Below, in pieces: positions 10,949 through 20,199 of a DNA stretch of 64,000 nt. Under the pieces are notes generated by a model that searched no databases, had not been told where the DNA came from, and saw only the letters and a list, made by a program, of their open reading frames with translations. Origin of the DNA: a virus; IMG/VR virus record IMGVR_UViG_3300042907_001518, positions 36,502 to 100,501 of that record. One strand, 5' to 3'. Positions within the stretch are counted from its first letter, which is position 1, and each line of letters begins with the position of its first letter. Made by a program: the position numbers and the translations under genes.

Positions 10949-11139
10949 CTAGTAATTCTGCTATTGTTTTAGTGGGTTGTGCTTTTAGATCGTCTTCTAT
11001 ATTTAGGTTTTCTTTAGCGGTAACGTGTAGTGTGCTGGGCGAAATGTTGTCAATATTCATAAAAACCTCTTGCGTTAAAGTGACCAAAGTATACTATATA
11101 ATATGTTTCGTACACTTTTTGTCAAAAAAGGAAGATTTT

Positions 11140-11343
11140 ATGGCCACATACAAAAGATGGAATGATGCTGAACTTCAGTATATCAAAGATAACTTGGCTC
11201 TGTTTAGCGATGGTGAGTTAGCAACTAAGCTTAGTGAGATGACGGGCGAAACTGTTACTTATGGTATGATTCGTCGTCAACGTCGTAAGTTGGGTGTTAG
11301 CAAACCACGAGGCCGACGCAAGAAAAGTCAGGGATCACTATGA
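11140..11343 (+). CDS. Small HTH DNA-binding protein
   Basis: WNDAELQYI...SDGELATKL...IRRQRRKLG; divergent from the structural operon. Confidence 0.6.
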   Translation: MATYKRWNDAELQYIKDNLALFSDGELATKLSEMTGETVTYGMIRRQRRKLGVSKPRGRRKKSQGSL

Positions 11344-11636
11344 TGAAACTATGCGGATCAGCCGTTTTATTAATGTGTAGTATGGGAGCAGACTGGAATG
11401 TTTATTATATGAGTCAACCAGTTCCGGTTGTGGCTCAACCACCAGTGGTTGTGGCTCATCCGTACTATACTCTAAATTATATGCCAGTGGTTAAGCAAGA
11501 GATTGTGATGGTGCCTGTGGTGCAGCAGGGTGTGGTTTATGGATACTACTATGATACTAGGTGGGTTCCTCAGCCAGCTCCGTGGGGACCGGATCCTTAT
11601 GCTCAATGGTTAAGATGCAGGTATTATAGATACTGA
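11340..11636 (+). CDS. Secreted-type Pro/Val/Tyr-rich small protein
   Basis: Signal-peptide-like N-terminus followed by PVVV/YYY-rich sequence. Confidence 0.5.
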   Translation: MMKLCGSAVLLMCSMGADWNVYYMSQPVPVVAQPPVVVAHPYYTLNYMPVVKQEIVMVPVVQQGVVYGYYYDTRWVPQPAPWGPDPYAQWLRCRYYRY

Positions 11637-11661
11637 AAAACTAGATAATAGTTTCACGATG

Positions 11662-11701
11662 AAAAGAGGCAAGGGTCATGGTGGCTCTTGCCTTTTTTAT
11701 T
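11662..11701 (+). terminator. Intrinsic terminator
   Basis: GAGGCAAGGGTCA...TGGCTCTTGCCTT followed by a T run. Confidence 0.7.
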
Positions 11702-11815
11702 TGGGGAAAGTGGCTATTAAACTGGTCAATTATATATGGTTGGCTTGTTGAGTGTGGACCACCGGGCGTTTTTCAGAAAAATCTGGCATTATCTACAGAA
11801 AACAAAAAAACCCCC

Positions 11816-11893
11816 TAACTCCTTGTGGCATAAAGACTTACGACATATTCTCCCCCGCTTTTGCGTCGTAACTCCTTACTGGGCAATGGTTTA
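11816..11893. repeat. 78-bp twin-box element, copy 1
   Basis: TAACTCCTT-GTGGCAT-AAAGACTTA, 28 bp, TAACTCCTT-ACTGGGC-AATGGTTTA. Confidence 0.9.
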
Positions 11894-12038
11894 CAACAAA
11901 TGTTGAGATACTCAGATTTTTTGCCTGATTTGGCACGCGATTATTTTTTATTTTTTCAAAAGATTTCTCTTGCAATCTAAAGAATACTCTGTATAATGCC
12001 GATATAAGAAGAAGTAAGAAAGAAAGAAGGATAAGAAA

Positions 12039-12284
12039 ATGGTTTTCGAAACGCTGGACGATCTGAATCACTATATCTCGTATGCTGAACCGGATTCGAT
12101 CAACGGATTCCGAGTTGTTGGTGAATTGTTTGATGACTTGAGAGATACGGCTAACAGGGCTAGGGCTGATTGGTATCCTTTGTGCGATGCCTTCGGTTGC
12201 ATGGAAGAGTATATGATGGGAGAAGGTGAGTACCTTGAGATAGATGCGAATGGAGTGATTATTAATTCTAGCGTATACTTCTGA
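12039..12284 (+). CDS. Hypothetical early protein
   Basis: Purine-rich RBS and upstream TTGCAA..TATAAT promoter. Confidence 0.65.
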   Translation: MVFETLDDLNHYISYAEPDSINGFRVVGELFDDLRDTANRARADWYPLCDAFGCMEEYMMGEGEYLEIDANGVIINSSVYF

Positions 12285-12344
12285 ACAGTATTGACAATCT
12301 AAAAATATTCGGTATAATTCAGACATAAGGAAGAGAGAAAGATA

Positions 12345-12494
12345 ATGACCATCCAAGTACAACACACCATTCGTCGCCTAGTTGCTCGCCACGGATATTC
12401 GGCCACGTTTGTTCAGCATATGGGCGAGGGTATTAGCCTGTACAGTATCGGTGGTATCATGTATCGTATTCGTGGTGATGGTACGATTCTCTAA
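12345..12494 (+). CDS. Small hypothetical protein (49 aa); its stop codon is the first TAA of repeat copy 2
   Basis: MTIQVQHTIRRLVARHGYS...GDGTIL*, with its own TTGACA..TATAAT promoter and RBS. Confidence 0.6.
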   Translation: MTIQVQHTIRRLVARHGYSATFVQHMGEGISLYSIGGIMYRIRGDGTIL

Positions 12495-12569
12495 GTTGTT
12501 ACAGCATAAGGGCTTAGGGTAAGGCGGGCGGGCCAAATTCGTCGTAAGTACTTACCACACAACGACTTA
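12492..12569. repeat. 78-bp twin-box element, copy 2
   Basis: TAAGTTGTT-ACAGCAT-AAGGGCTTA, 28 bp, TAAGTACTT-ACCACAC-AACGACTTA. Confidence 0.9.
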
Positions 12570-12700
12570 TGACTACTAAATAATTATTCTATTTGGCATG
12601 AAATTATATTTGAGAAAATCCAAAGATTTCCCTTGCAATGGTCGATAATATCTGTATAATAAGAGCACAAGAGAAAAGGAAAGAGAAAAAGGAAAAGAAA

Positions 12701-12898
12701 ATGACAATCGAAGTTTTTGACAATCAGAAGATGACCATCGGATTTGTGAAGAGCCAGAATCAAATTGAAGGAATGAATATGGTTCGCCAGTATTTCCCCA
12801 ACGTGGGAAGTGTGGACGGTCAGAGTTACCTTCCGACCAATGATAGCCGTTGCAAGATGATTGTCCCTAATGTTTACTCTTGGGAGATTGTTCGATGA
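12701..12898 (+). CDS. Hypothetical protein, paralog of 14117-14302
   Basis: MTIEVF..TIGFV..FP.V..LP..D.RCK.I..NVY.W shared between the two. Confidence 0.7.
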   Translation: MTIEVFDNQKMTIGFVKSQNQIEGMNMVRQYFPNVGSVDGQSYLPTNDSRCKMIVPNVYSWEIVR

Positions 12899-13272
12899 AT
12901 AATCTAGATAAGATTTTCTGTGCTATGCGAAGCGGTAAGTATGGTAGCGTATTAGATACTAAGGGAAATGTTCATGCTGGCATTATCAACTCTATCATGA
13001 AGGAAGATGGTAGCGGTAAGAATTGGATTGTGACGGTATATAATCGCACGGCCAAGAATACGGTTTTCATTCACGCTAAGTAAGGGAATATAAATGTTTG
13101 ATATTAATATAGATTGGATGTGGATGGGTGTGGGATTTGTTGTTGGCATTGGTTGCTCTTGGCTTGTTTCTGACTTGGTTTTTTCTATAAGGAAGAAGTA
13201 AATGAATAATAATATTCTGTTTGGCATATGCTTTGCTTGTGGTTGTGTGTTGACATATGTTATCTCTTGACG

Positions 13273-13350
13273 TAAGATGTTGAGGGATAACGACTTAGGG
13301 CTAATCGGGCGGCGATTTCTTTACCTAAGTACTTGCAGCATATAGAGTTA
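13273..13350. repeat. 78-bp twin-box element, copy 3
   Basis: TAAGATGTT-GAGGGAT-AACGACTTA, 28 bp, TAAGTACTT-GCAGCAT-ATAGAGTTA. Confidence 0.9.
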
Positions 13351-13666
13351 CAGCTAATCTAGACGGCTAGCAAACCCTATGCCATAACTGTACGAATATG
13401 GTAGGATTTGTGTCAAATTCTCTTGACATAAAAATCTCTAGATTTCTCTTGCAAATTAAAGATTCGTCTGGTATAATGTCGATATAAGAGTAAGAGAGAA
13501 AGAAAGAGAAAGAAGATGATGAATAAGACTATGAAGAATGCAAGTAAGAGAATCAAGAATCTTGAGATTCGTGAAAAGGCATACGCTATGCCGATTGTTG
13601 TTAAGGATATGAAAGTGAATGATGAAATGGTTCGTAAGTTTTTTGAAAGCATGAAGGGTTAATAAA

Positions 13667-13867
13667 ATGAATAGCAAAAGACTCGAAACTAAGTTGAATA
13701 AGTTGGGATATAGCCTCTCCAAGAATGGGGATTTTTGGGTAATCAAGGCAGGATCAGACTACCCTGCATTTGCCCGCTATTGCGTTGATTTGACCGCTGT
13801 TCAGACGTTCATCACCGATGAGCAAGCGATGAAAATGTATCGGTCTGGTCGTTCGATTCCGGCTTGA
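13667..13867 (+). CDS. Hypothetical early protein
   Basis: ORF ends 2 bp before repeat copy 4. Confidence 0.6.
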   Translation: MNSKRLETKLNKLGYSLSKNGDFWVIKAGSDYPAFARYCVDLTAVQTFITDEQAMKMYRSGRSIPA

Positions 13868-13869
13868 TA

Positions 13870-13947
13870 TAAGTCCTTGCTGCTACAGCACTTAGGACGA
13901 GCCGGCGCCGCCGAATTTGACGTAACTCCTTTAGTACCAATACTTTA
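13870..13947. repeat. 78-bp twin-box element, copy 4 (plus a lone box at 14007-14031)
   Basis: TAAGTCCTT-GCTGCTA-CAGCACTTA, 28 bp, TAACTCCTT-TAGTACC-AATACTTTA. Confidence 0.9.
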
Positions 13948-14116
13948 CGACTATTTTTTCACGAAACCATGTGTCCATTGGAACGATGAAAAATATCTTT
14001 TCGACCTAAAGCCTTACAACATAAAGACTTAGGAAAAATCTAAAAATCTTTTAAAGATAGAATTTGACTTTAGCCGATAACTAAGATATAATTCAGCATA
14101 AGAAAGAGAGAATGAA

Positions 14117-14302
14117 ATGGTTATCGAAGTTTTCAAAGATGGTCGAACGATTGGTTTTGTGGTTGCAAAAGATAGGCTATCTTCGGTCGATCTGATCGTT
14201 AAGGCTTTCCCCCAAGTGGATCGTGTTGAGACAAATTCATCGCTCCCCAAGAGTGATCCACGATGCAAAAAAATCGCTGAAAATGTTTACGCTTGGGCTT
14301 GA
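14117..14302 (+). CDS. Hypothetical protein, paralog of 12701-12898
   Basis: Shared motifs; own promoter at 14064. Confidence 0.7.
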   Translation: MVIEVFKDGRTIGFVVAKDRLSSVDLIVKAFPQVDRVETNSSLPKSDPRCKKIAENVYAWA

Positions 14303-14353
14303 CCCACTATGCCAGACCTGATAGAATCCAACCAACACAGAAAAGGAAAGAAT

Positions 14354-14689
14354 ATGAAACAGAAATTTGAGATTATCGAAAACGCTAAGAAACAGGCCCG
14401 TATGTGCTTCCTTGGGATTGCTATCCCAACAGAAGTAAAGAATATTGATGGAGAAATGATTCAGGTTGAAAAGGTGATAAAGTTCAACCGTAAGGCTTTG
14501 AAGAATATCGGTAAGCGTAAGGCTGAAAAAGCCGATCCTAGGCTGATTGGTGGTGAAGATACCATGATCGTTCGGGCTGGAAAGCCGGGTTCGCGTGAAC
14601 GTGTTGAGGCTCTGACCATGCAGTATGGTGCTATCCTTGCTTGTGGTGAGGAAGTTTCGCCCTTCGCGTTCAAGGCTGATGACGAATGA
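14354..14689 (+). CDS. Hypothetical protein
   Basis: RBS AAAGGAAAG before MKQKFE; GKPGSRERVEAL motif. Confidence 0.6.
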   Translation: MKQKFEIIENAKKQARMCFLGIAIPTEVKNIDGEMIQVEKVIKFNRKALKNIGKRKAEKADPRLIGGEDTMIVRAGKPGSRERVEALTMQYGAILACGEEVSPFAFKADDE

Positions 14690-14797
14690 AAACGAAAAAA
14701 CTGTTCAGAAAATGAAGAAAGAAACCCAACGGGCTATTTCTCATGTTATGATGTTGGAAAAAATGTATTTGGAAATGATCAAACAAAAGGAAAAGAA

Positions 14798-15112
14798 ATG
14801 ACACACTCTGAAGCATACATGATGGTTCGCGGCAAGCGTGGCGTTATGCGTCGTAAGGTTGGTAACAATACCTATGCTGAAATCTTGCAGGATGGGTCGA
14901 TTGGTATCATGCTTCATAGTACGTATGTGGTAAAGATTCACACTGGCGATACATATACTATGCAAACGGGTGGGTGGTATACTGTTACTACAAAAGATAG
15001 AATCAATCAGTATGTTCCGGGACGAGTGTATCAAGCGGATGGGCAGTGGTACTATAAGCATCCTAAGGGCAAGACGTATGAATTCATCGACGGAATGGTA
15101 GTGGGGAATTGA
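14798..15112 (+). CDS. Hypothetical phage protein
   Basis: RKVGNNTY..LHST.VV..TGGW.TVTTKDRIN motif style of small phage early proteins. Confidence 0.65.
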   Translation: MTHSEAYMMVRGKRGVMRRKVGNNTYAEILQDGSIGIMLHSTYVVKIHTGDTYTMQTGGWYTVTTKDRINQYVPGRVYQADGQWYYKHPKGKTYEFIDGMVVGN

Positions 15113-15114
15113 CG

Positions 15115-15192
15115 TAAAGCCTTGCCACTAAAGAACTTAGGGCGAGGCCGCGCCGCCCCGCGAAGCGTAAGTGCTTATGCTGCAACAACTTA
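15115..15192. repeat. 78-bp twin-box element, copy 5
   Basis: TAAAGCCTT-GCCACTA-AAGAACTTA, 28 bp, TAAGTGCTT-ATGCTGC-AACAACTTA. Confidence 0.9.
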
Positions 15193-15525
15193 CGACGAAT
15201 CTTAACGCAACTCTCGTGCCAAAAATATTTTTGTTTTTTCCAAAGATTTCGCTTGCATTGGTCGATTATATCTGTATAATGACAGCATCACAAGGGAAAC
15301 CCATAAGGAAGTCGATAATGTATTCTTTCGAAGAAATCAACAGTATCCTTGATCAGATGGCACAGCAAGGTACAATTGAGCCTATGGTCGAGCCGATTGA
15401 CGATCCCAGCGAGGAAGTAAATTTTTGGGATTGGGCCGATGTGGTTGGTGCAGTTGACGATTTCGCTCCTCAGTCTATGGTTGACGAGGACGGTGAAGTA
15501 TGGTATGTTTCTTGAATAGGAGAAA

Positions 15526-15771
15526 ATGATGAGTCACCCTGACCCCCTTTATGATGCTGATAACTCTTATGAGGATGATATGAATTACGATGACCACAAT
15601 GATTTTTGGGGATTGCCCGAAAATGAGTTGGATGAACTGCAAGATGAGGAAGACGAGGAGAATGATTGGGATGATTCGTATGATGATAGTATGGATGGGG
15701 ATCATGAGAGTGGCCTATCTTCCGCTGGATGGGGAACCGATGAGGATTACGGCTACTATGGTGATGAGTGA
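15526..15771 (+). CDS. Highly acidic small protein
   Basis: D/E-rich; DGDHESGLSSAGWGTDEDYG; RBS AGGAG. Confidence 0.7.
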   Translation: MMSHPDPLYDADNSYEDDMNYDDHNDFWGLPENELDELQDEEDEENDWDDSYDDSMDGDHESGLSSAGWGTDEDYGYYGDE

Positions 15772-15803
15772 ATATTAATAGTTTAACTTTAAGGAAAAAA
15801 GAA

Positions 15804-16031
15804 ATGAAGTGCATTGTAACTCACACGGATACTTTTGCTGGTGAGGCTAACTACGGTTGGGTAAAGCGTTGGGAGTTTGTACCCAAGTATGAATCTCAGC
15901 GTAGCGTTATTCGCAAGGCCAAGGCTTTGGCCGGCTTTACGGGTGTAAAGTCTGAAACCGAAGATTATGGTGACGGCTATACCATTAAGCCTCGCGGCTA
16001 TGCTCAAATCATCTTTGTTGATTTTGAGTAA
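15804..16031 (+). CDS. Hypothetical phage protein
   Basis: TDTFAGEANYGWVKR motif; RBS AAGGA. Confidence 0.65.
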   Translation: MKCIVTHTDTFAGEANYGWVKRWEFVPKYESQRSVIRKAKALAGFTGVKSETEDYGDGYTIKPRGYAQIIFVDFE

Positions 16032-16045
16032 AGTTTTCCTCGTCG

Positions 16046-16123
16046 TAAACCCTTTGTACGTAAGCACTTAGGGCCGACGGGGCGCGCCGGCCTCGACGTA
16101 AGTCCTTTGATACCAAACACTTA
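16046..16123. repeat. 78-bp twin-box element, copy 6
   Basis: TAAACCCTT-TGTACGT-AAGCACTTA, 28 bp, TAAGTCCTT-TGATACC-AAACACTTA. Confidence 0.9.
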
Positions 16124-16234
16124 CGGCTAAAAAGATTTTTCTCTTTGGCATGGCATTATTTTTCAAGAATCCCTCTTGCATTGGTCGATAAATATGATAT
16201 GCTTAGGGTATCACAAGAGAAGAAAGGGTTAATC

Positions 16235-16498
16235 ATGAGTGTTGACGGAACCTATAACGGATACGCTAACTACCAGACTTGGAACGTTTGTCTGTGGATT
16301 GCCAATGATCAATTTCTGTATGGTCTGGCAAGTCAATGTGAGTCTTATAATGATTTTAAGATTTTACTGCGTGATATTTTTGACTCGAACGATATGAAGC
16401 ATGAAACGCCGGACAGCGTTTCTTGGAACGATAGCGGCATCAACCTTGCGGAATTGCAAGAGTTTTGGGTCGAAAATTTTTCTAAAGTTTGTGCTTGA
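16235..16498 (+). CDS. Hypothetical phage protein
   Basis: YNGYANYQTWNVCLWIAND motif of a common small phage family. Confidence 0.65.
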   Translation: MSVDGTYNGYANYQTWNVCLWIANDQFLYGLASQCESYNDFKILLRDIFDSNDMKHETPDSVSWNDSGINLAELQEFWVENFSKVCA

Positions 16499-16558
16499 CA
16501 AGTGTCGATAATAGGGTAGAATGGTGCTAAAGGGTTTTTCTAACTGAAGGAGTTTCTT

Positions 16559-16969
16559 ATGAACGACGTGATTTTGTTTGGTTTGATTTTTGCTGGTGTG
16601 GTTGCTTGTATGATTGCGTTCGGTGGCTTTCATATCTATCGTGGCGTTAACGGTAGCCTTGCTAATGCTCAGGTTGGAGAAGTTTATAACTTTGAATATC
16701 TCCAGCCGCATCATGGTGATCCGGTGCGAGTGCTTGCTAGGGTGATCGAACCTGCGTATACGCTTAGTGATGAGAGTATCCGTAGGCTGAATACTAAGAG
16801 CAACTATCGTATCAGTGATCCTGAGTTCAAGCGTACTCGCCACCTTGTAACGTGCGAGACTCCCAATGGTGAAGTGCGACAGTTCTATGCCGAGCGTGCT
16901 AAGAACGTGCGTCGTCCTCTTCTTGCGGGACTGCTCTTCCGTACAGGAACTGCACACCTGTTCGCGTGA
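16559..16969 (+). CDS. Membrane-anchored hypothetical protein
   Basis: N-terminal TM helix; RBS AAGGAG; promoter at 16495. Confidence 0.65.
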   Translation: MNDVILFGLIFAGVVACMIAFGGFHIYRGVNGSLANAQVGEVYNFEYLQPHHGDPVRVLARVIEPAYTLSDESIRRLNTKSNYRISDPEFKRTRHLVTCETPNGEVRQFYAERAKNVRRPLLAGLLFRTGTAHLFA

Positions 16970-16999
16970 ACGATTGTTCAGTTCGGTTAACCCTGGCCC

Positions 17000-17077
17000 T
17001 AAGTTGTTGCCACGCAATGACTTAGGGTTCGGGGGCGCCGCCGAGTTGGTCGTAACTCCTTATCTCATAAGGGCTTA
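17000..17077. repeat. 78-bp twin-box element, copy 7
   Basis: TAAGTTGTT-GCCACGC-AATGACTTA, 28 bp, TAACTCCTT-ATCTCAT-AAGGGCTTA. Confidence 0.9.
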
Positions 17078-17366
17078 CAGAATATTTAAATAATGCTTGA
17101 CAAAATGCCGATATAGTATATACTAGACACAACAGGAGACAGTATGCAAAAATATGCTTGGATAATTTGGGTAGGATGCGAGATTAAGGGAACTATAGAA
17201 GCATATAGTGCCTGGGAAGCAGAGGCAAAAGCAGTAGAAAAATTCGGCAAATTGGTTAGGGTTGAACGAGATTGCTAGTTTCACCTAATCCTACGGATTT
17301 GGGCTGGGTGGGTATAGTCAGCGAGAACCTCTTGACAAATGAATTTTAGCAGTGTAGGATAGACTT

Positions 17367-17645
17367 ATGGAATATGGATACGGCGAAGGGTTGTGGATCA
17401 ATGGCTCTCACTGGTATGGTGATCCGTATCATTTGTATTCTGATTTTACTACCAATTTTGATTTGAGTCCTAACCCTTTATATATTTATAATGATGGTGG
17501 ACAGAATCTCTATATCTTTTATAATGCTGTTCTCAAGCCAGATATCCAGCCCGTACCAGTACCCGAACCATCTTGCCTATTCTTGGCAGTATGCTCAATC
17601 TTAATGATCTTTTTTTTAAAGAAAAGGGTCTTGACAAGTCGATAA
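17367..17645 (+). CDS. PEP-CTERM sorting-domain protein
   Basis: C-terminal VPEP, hydrophobic helix (SCLFLAVCSILMIFFL), then KKR. Confidence 0.7.
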   Translation: MEYGYGEGLWINGSHWYGDPYHLYSDFTTNFDLSPNPLYIYNDGGQNLYIFYNAVLKPDIQPVPVPEPSCLFLAVCSILMIFFLKKRVLTSR

Positions 17646-17661
17646 TAGAGTGTAGAATGAT

Positions 17662-18097
17662 TGAAGAACAAGCAAACGCTTGTTGGCTGTGTCGGGCCGA
17701 GCAGCCGGTAAAAACGGTAGTTGATGTCCTAGGAAACGTCTTCTACAATCGGTCCTAACAATACAAACTTGCGTATGGTAGTTGCTACTACTAGAGAGAT
17801 AGCCCAGCAAACAGCGTCTGCATCTAATGGGTGTACGGGGTTGCCGACCTAGGCTATAGGAAGGCTTATGCTGCTCTCTATTGGGTTGGATTCCCGACAT
17901 ACGTTATAATACAACCAGTAACCGTCACCAAGAGCCAGACTAACCGGAACATGATGCTAGCAGTTCATCCGGTTACAGGGAGGTTTCCGTGGGCGGTTTC
18001 CACCAGTGTTTACCTTGCTCCAAGGGTTCAGAATATCGGAGTATTGGTGGATTATAGAATCGGATCGTAAAAGATTCGCTGGTTTTAATACAAAGGA
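17662..18097 (+). ncRNA. Candidate large structured non-coding RNA
   Basis: Follows promoter TTGACA(17631)..TAGAAT; no ORF with an RBS; many hairpins, including a tRNA-like domain at 17772-17903. Confidence 0.5.
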
Positions 18098-18858
18098 AAA
18101 AGAATGACTAAAGATGAAGCAATAATTAAGGTTCTCAAGGTTCTAAAGAATCCTATGCTGGTTATGAGTCCTGCTAAACAAGAGGCATTGACTTTAGCAG
18201 AAGAATACGGTATAATGGCTAAAGATTTGATTGAGAGTTGGTCGAATATAGCAATGAGGACATAATGACTGTTAACGAACTTATCGAGGCTCTTAACCAC
18301 TATCCCGGCAATATGAGGGTTCTTACTCTTGGATATGAGGGTGGATATGATGATGTGGGCATACGAACCGAAGAGATTGTGTTCAATGTTAATGATAAAG
18401 ACACTTGGTATTATGGGCCTCATGAATGTGTGAAGTATACCGATAGTGATGCTGGTACAAAATGTTTGATTGTTTGGAGGGGAAAATGATCTATCTTAAT
18501 CTTAATGAGATTGAGCGATTGGCCGAAATCGTATCCGAACTGGTTAAGTTGGGTATGAGTGTTACTGCTGAACTCAAATATGATAGGTGGCAGATAGAGG
18601 TATATAAGTAATGGAATGGATTAGTTTTCATGGACCACGACGCCCTATTAATGGCCAGAAGATTATCTATTATGGTGAGGCTATTGGTGTGTGGCGTGGA
18701 GTCTATAAAATAGATTACAATGATAAGTTCTGTATTCATATCATTCATTGCGGTGAATCGTGGGGTGCTGTAGACTATATGGATGCTCCATGGTGGATGC
18801 CAGATGAGGGACAAGATAAGCCAGCACCACCAGAGTTCGATTATCCACCAGATTATCC

Positions 18859-18936
18859 TAAGTGATTACTGTATAAGGACTTAGAGCGAATCGGGCGGGC
18901 CAAATTTGTCGTAAGTTCTTATCCTACAAGCACTTA
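18859..18936. repeat. 78-bp twin-box element, copy 8
   Basis: TAAGTGATT-ACTGTAT-AAGGACTTA, 28 bp, TAAGTTCTT-ATCCTAC-AAGCACTTA. Confidence 0.9.
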
Positions 18937-18956
18937 GGATTTTTTAAAGAACCCTA

Positions 18957-18985
18957 TTGACAAAAGCCGATAATAGTAGTATACT
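18957..18985 (+). promoter_or_regulatory. Sigma-70-type early promoter with GCCGATA in the spacer (representative of about 20)
   Basis: TTGACA-AAAGCCGATAATAGTAG-TATACT. Confidence 0.8.
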
Positions 18986-19172
18986 AGAACAAGACGATAG
19001 ATGAGGGCCGCTGGCAGAATGATATCAAAGAAGCCGCGGTTAAATGCAAAGCCGAGTATGGCATAACCCAATCTATTGTTTTTCCTAATCCTAGCGGATT
19101 GGCGTGAGTGGCTGTAGTCAGCGAATATCTAGTGGTCTTGACAACGATTGGTCGATAAGGTATACTATAAGC

Positions 19173-19598
19173 ATGAAACAGAACAAACTACATGGCGAAG
19201 TTCGATTTCACCTGAGTAATGGCCAGCATTATATGCACTGGCAAGTGAAAGTTAAGCAGGGTGGCGAGACTGTTGATGTCTATTATTATAACCCCAAAGA
19301 ATATCAGTTGGAAATGATTGGTTGTAAATTAGTGAATAAGCCTAATAAAGCCAAGAAAGTTCATGCTGCTGGTGTGCATGATGTTAGTGGGTGGGTGCGA
19401 TGTGAAGAAGTTATGTTGAGGAAGGATTTTCATCCGGCTCTACCTATTGACAATCTTGAGAAGTTGTTTTATAACCCATTAAGAGATCCATACTGGCGAC
19501 GAGAAAGTGACAATAGTGAGTTTATTTGGGACAATACCGAATACTCCACATTGATTACACAGGGCAAACAAGTTTACGTTTTAGAGGAAAGAACCTAA
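19173..19598 (+). CDS. Hypothetical protein; its stop codon is the first TAA of repeat copy 9
   Basis: Promoter at 19138; ATG close behind the -10 box (possibly leaderless). Confidence 0.65.
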   Translation: MKQNKLHGEVRFHLSNGQHYMHWQVKVKQGGETVDVYYYNPKEYQLEMIGCKLVNKPNKAKKVHAAGVHDVSGWVRCEEVMLRKDFHPALPIDNLEKLFYNPLRDPYWRRESDNSEFIWDNTEYSTLITQGKQVYVLEERT

Positions 19599-19673
19599 AG
19601 CCTTGCTGCTAAAAGACTTAGCACAAGGCGGGCCGGCCCCGCTCGTCATAACTCCTTATCTACCAACCACTTA
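19596..19673. repeat. 78-bp twin-box element, copy 9
   Basis: TAAAGCCTT-GCTGCTA-AAAGACTTA, 28 bp, TAACTCCTT-ATCTACC-AACCACTTA. Confidence 0.9.
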
Positions 19674-19876
19674 GAACAAATTTGAGAAATCTAGAAAAGG
19701 ATTCACGAACGGGGTTGACAGTGCCGATAAGTATAGTATACTGATAGCATCACACGACAAGACGACCGCAGATGCCAACAGCAGAAACCATCTGGCAGAC
19801 TCTTGACAAATGATGTTTGATAGGGTATAGTTACTTTACTTGGTTCGATAACACTTTTGGAAAGGTTAGGTTGATT

Positions 19877-20134
19877 ATGCGTACTTATGATTTTGCTGTT
19901 GCGGTTGCTTCTGACTCGCTGGATACTGAGGTGGTTGAGGATACGATCAAGCAGGCTCTTGCTGATGGTCTGCCCGATGGTACTCTTGTGGTTGTAAAGG
20001 CCCAGGGGATCAAGGATTATTCGGAGCAGGGTTGGAAGGTTGCTCGTAATCGTAAGTTTGGCGTGAGCGTCAAGCAGGCCGGTGATGGTCACAAGGCTAA
20101 GACTACTAAGGTTGAAGTTGAGACTGTTGCCTGA
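19877..20134 (+). CDS. Hypothetical protein
   Basis: MRTYDF start after AGGTT; followed by a terminator-like hairpin at 20157-20197. Confidence 0.6.
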   Translation: MRTYDFAVAVASDSLDTEVVEDTIKQALADGLPDGTLVVVKAQGIKDYSEQGWKVARNRKFGVSVKQAGDGHKAKTTKVEVETVA

Positions 20135-20199
20135 GTATAAAAATATGCTATAATATCCGATAGACCGCTGGTGTTGAACTGGCGGCTATCGGTTTTTAT

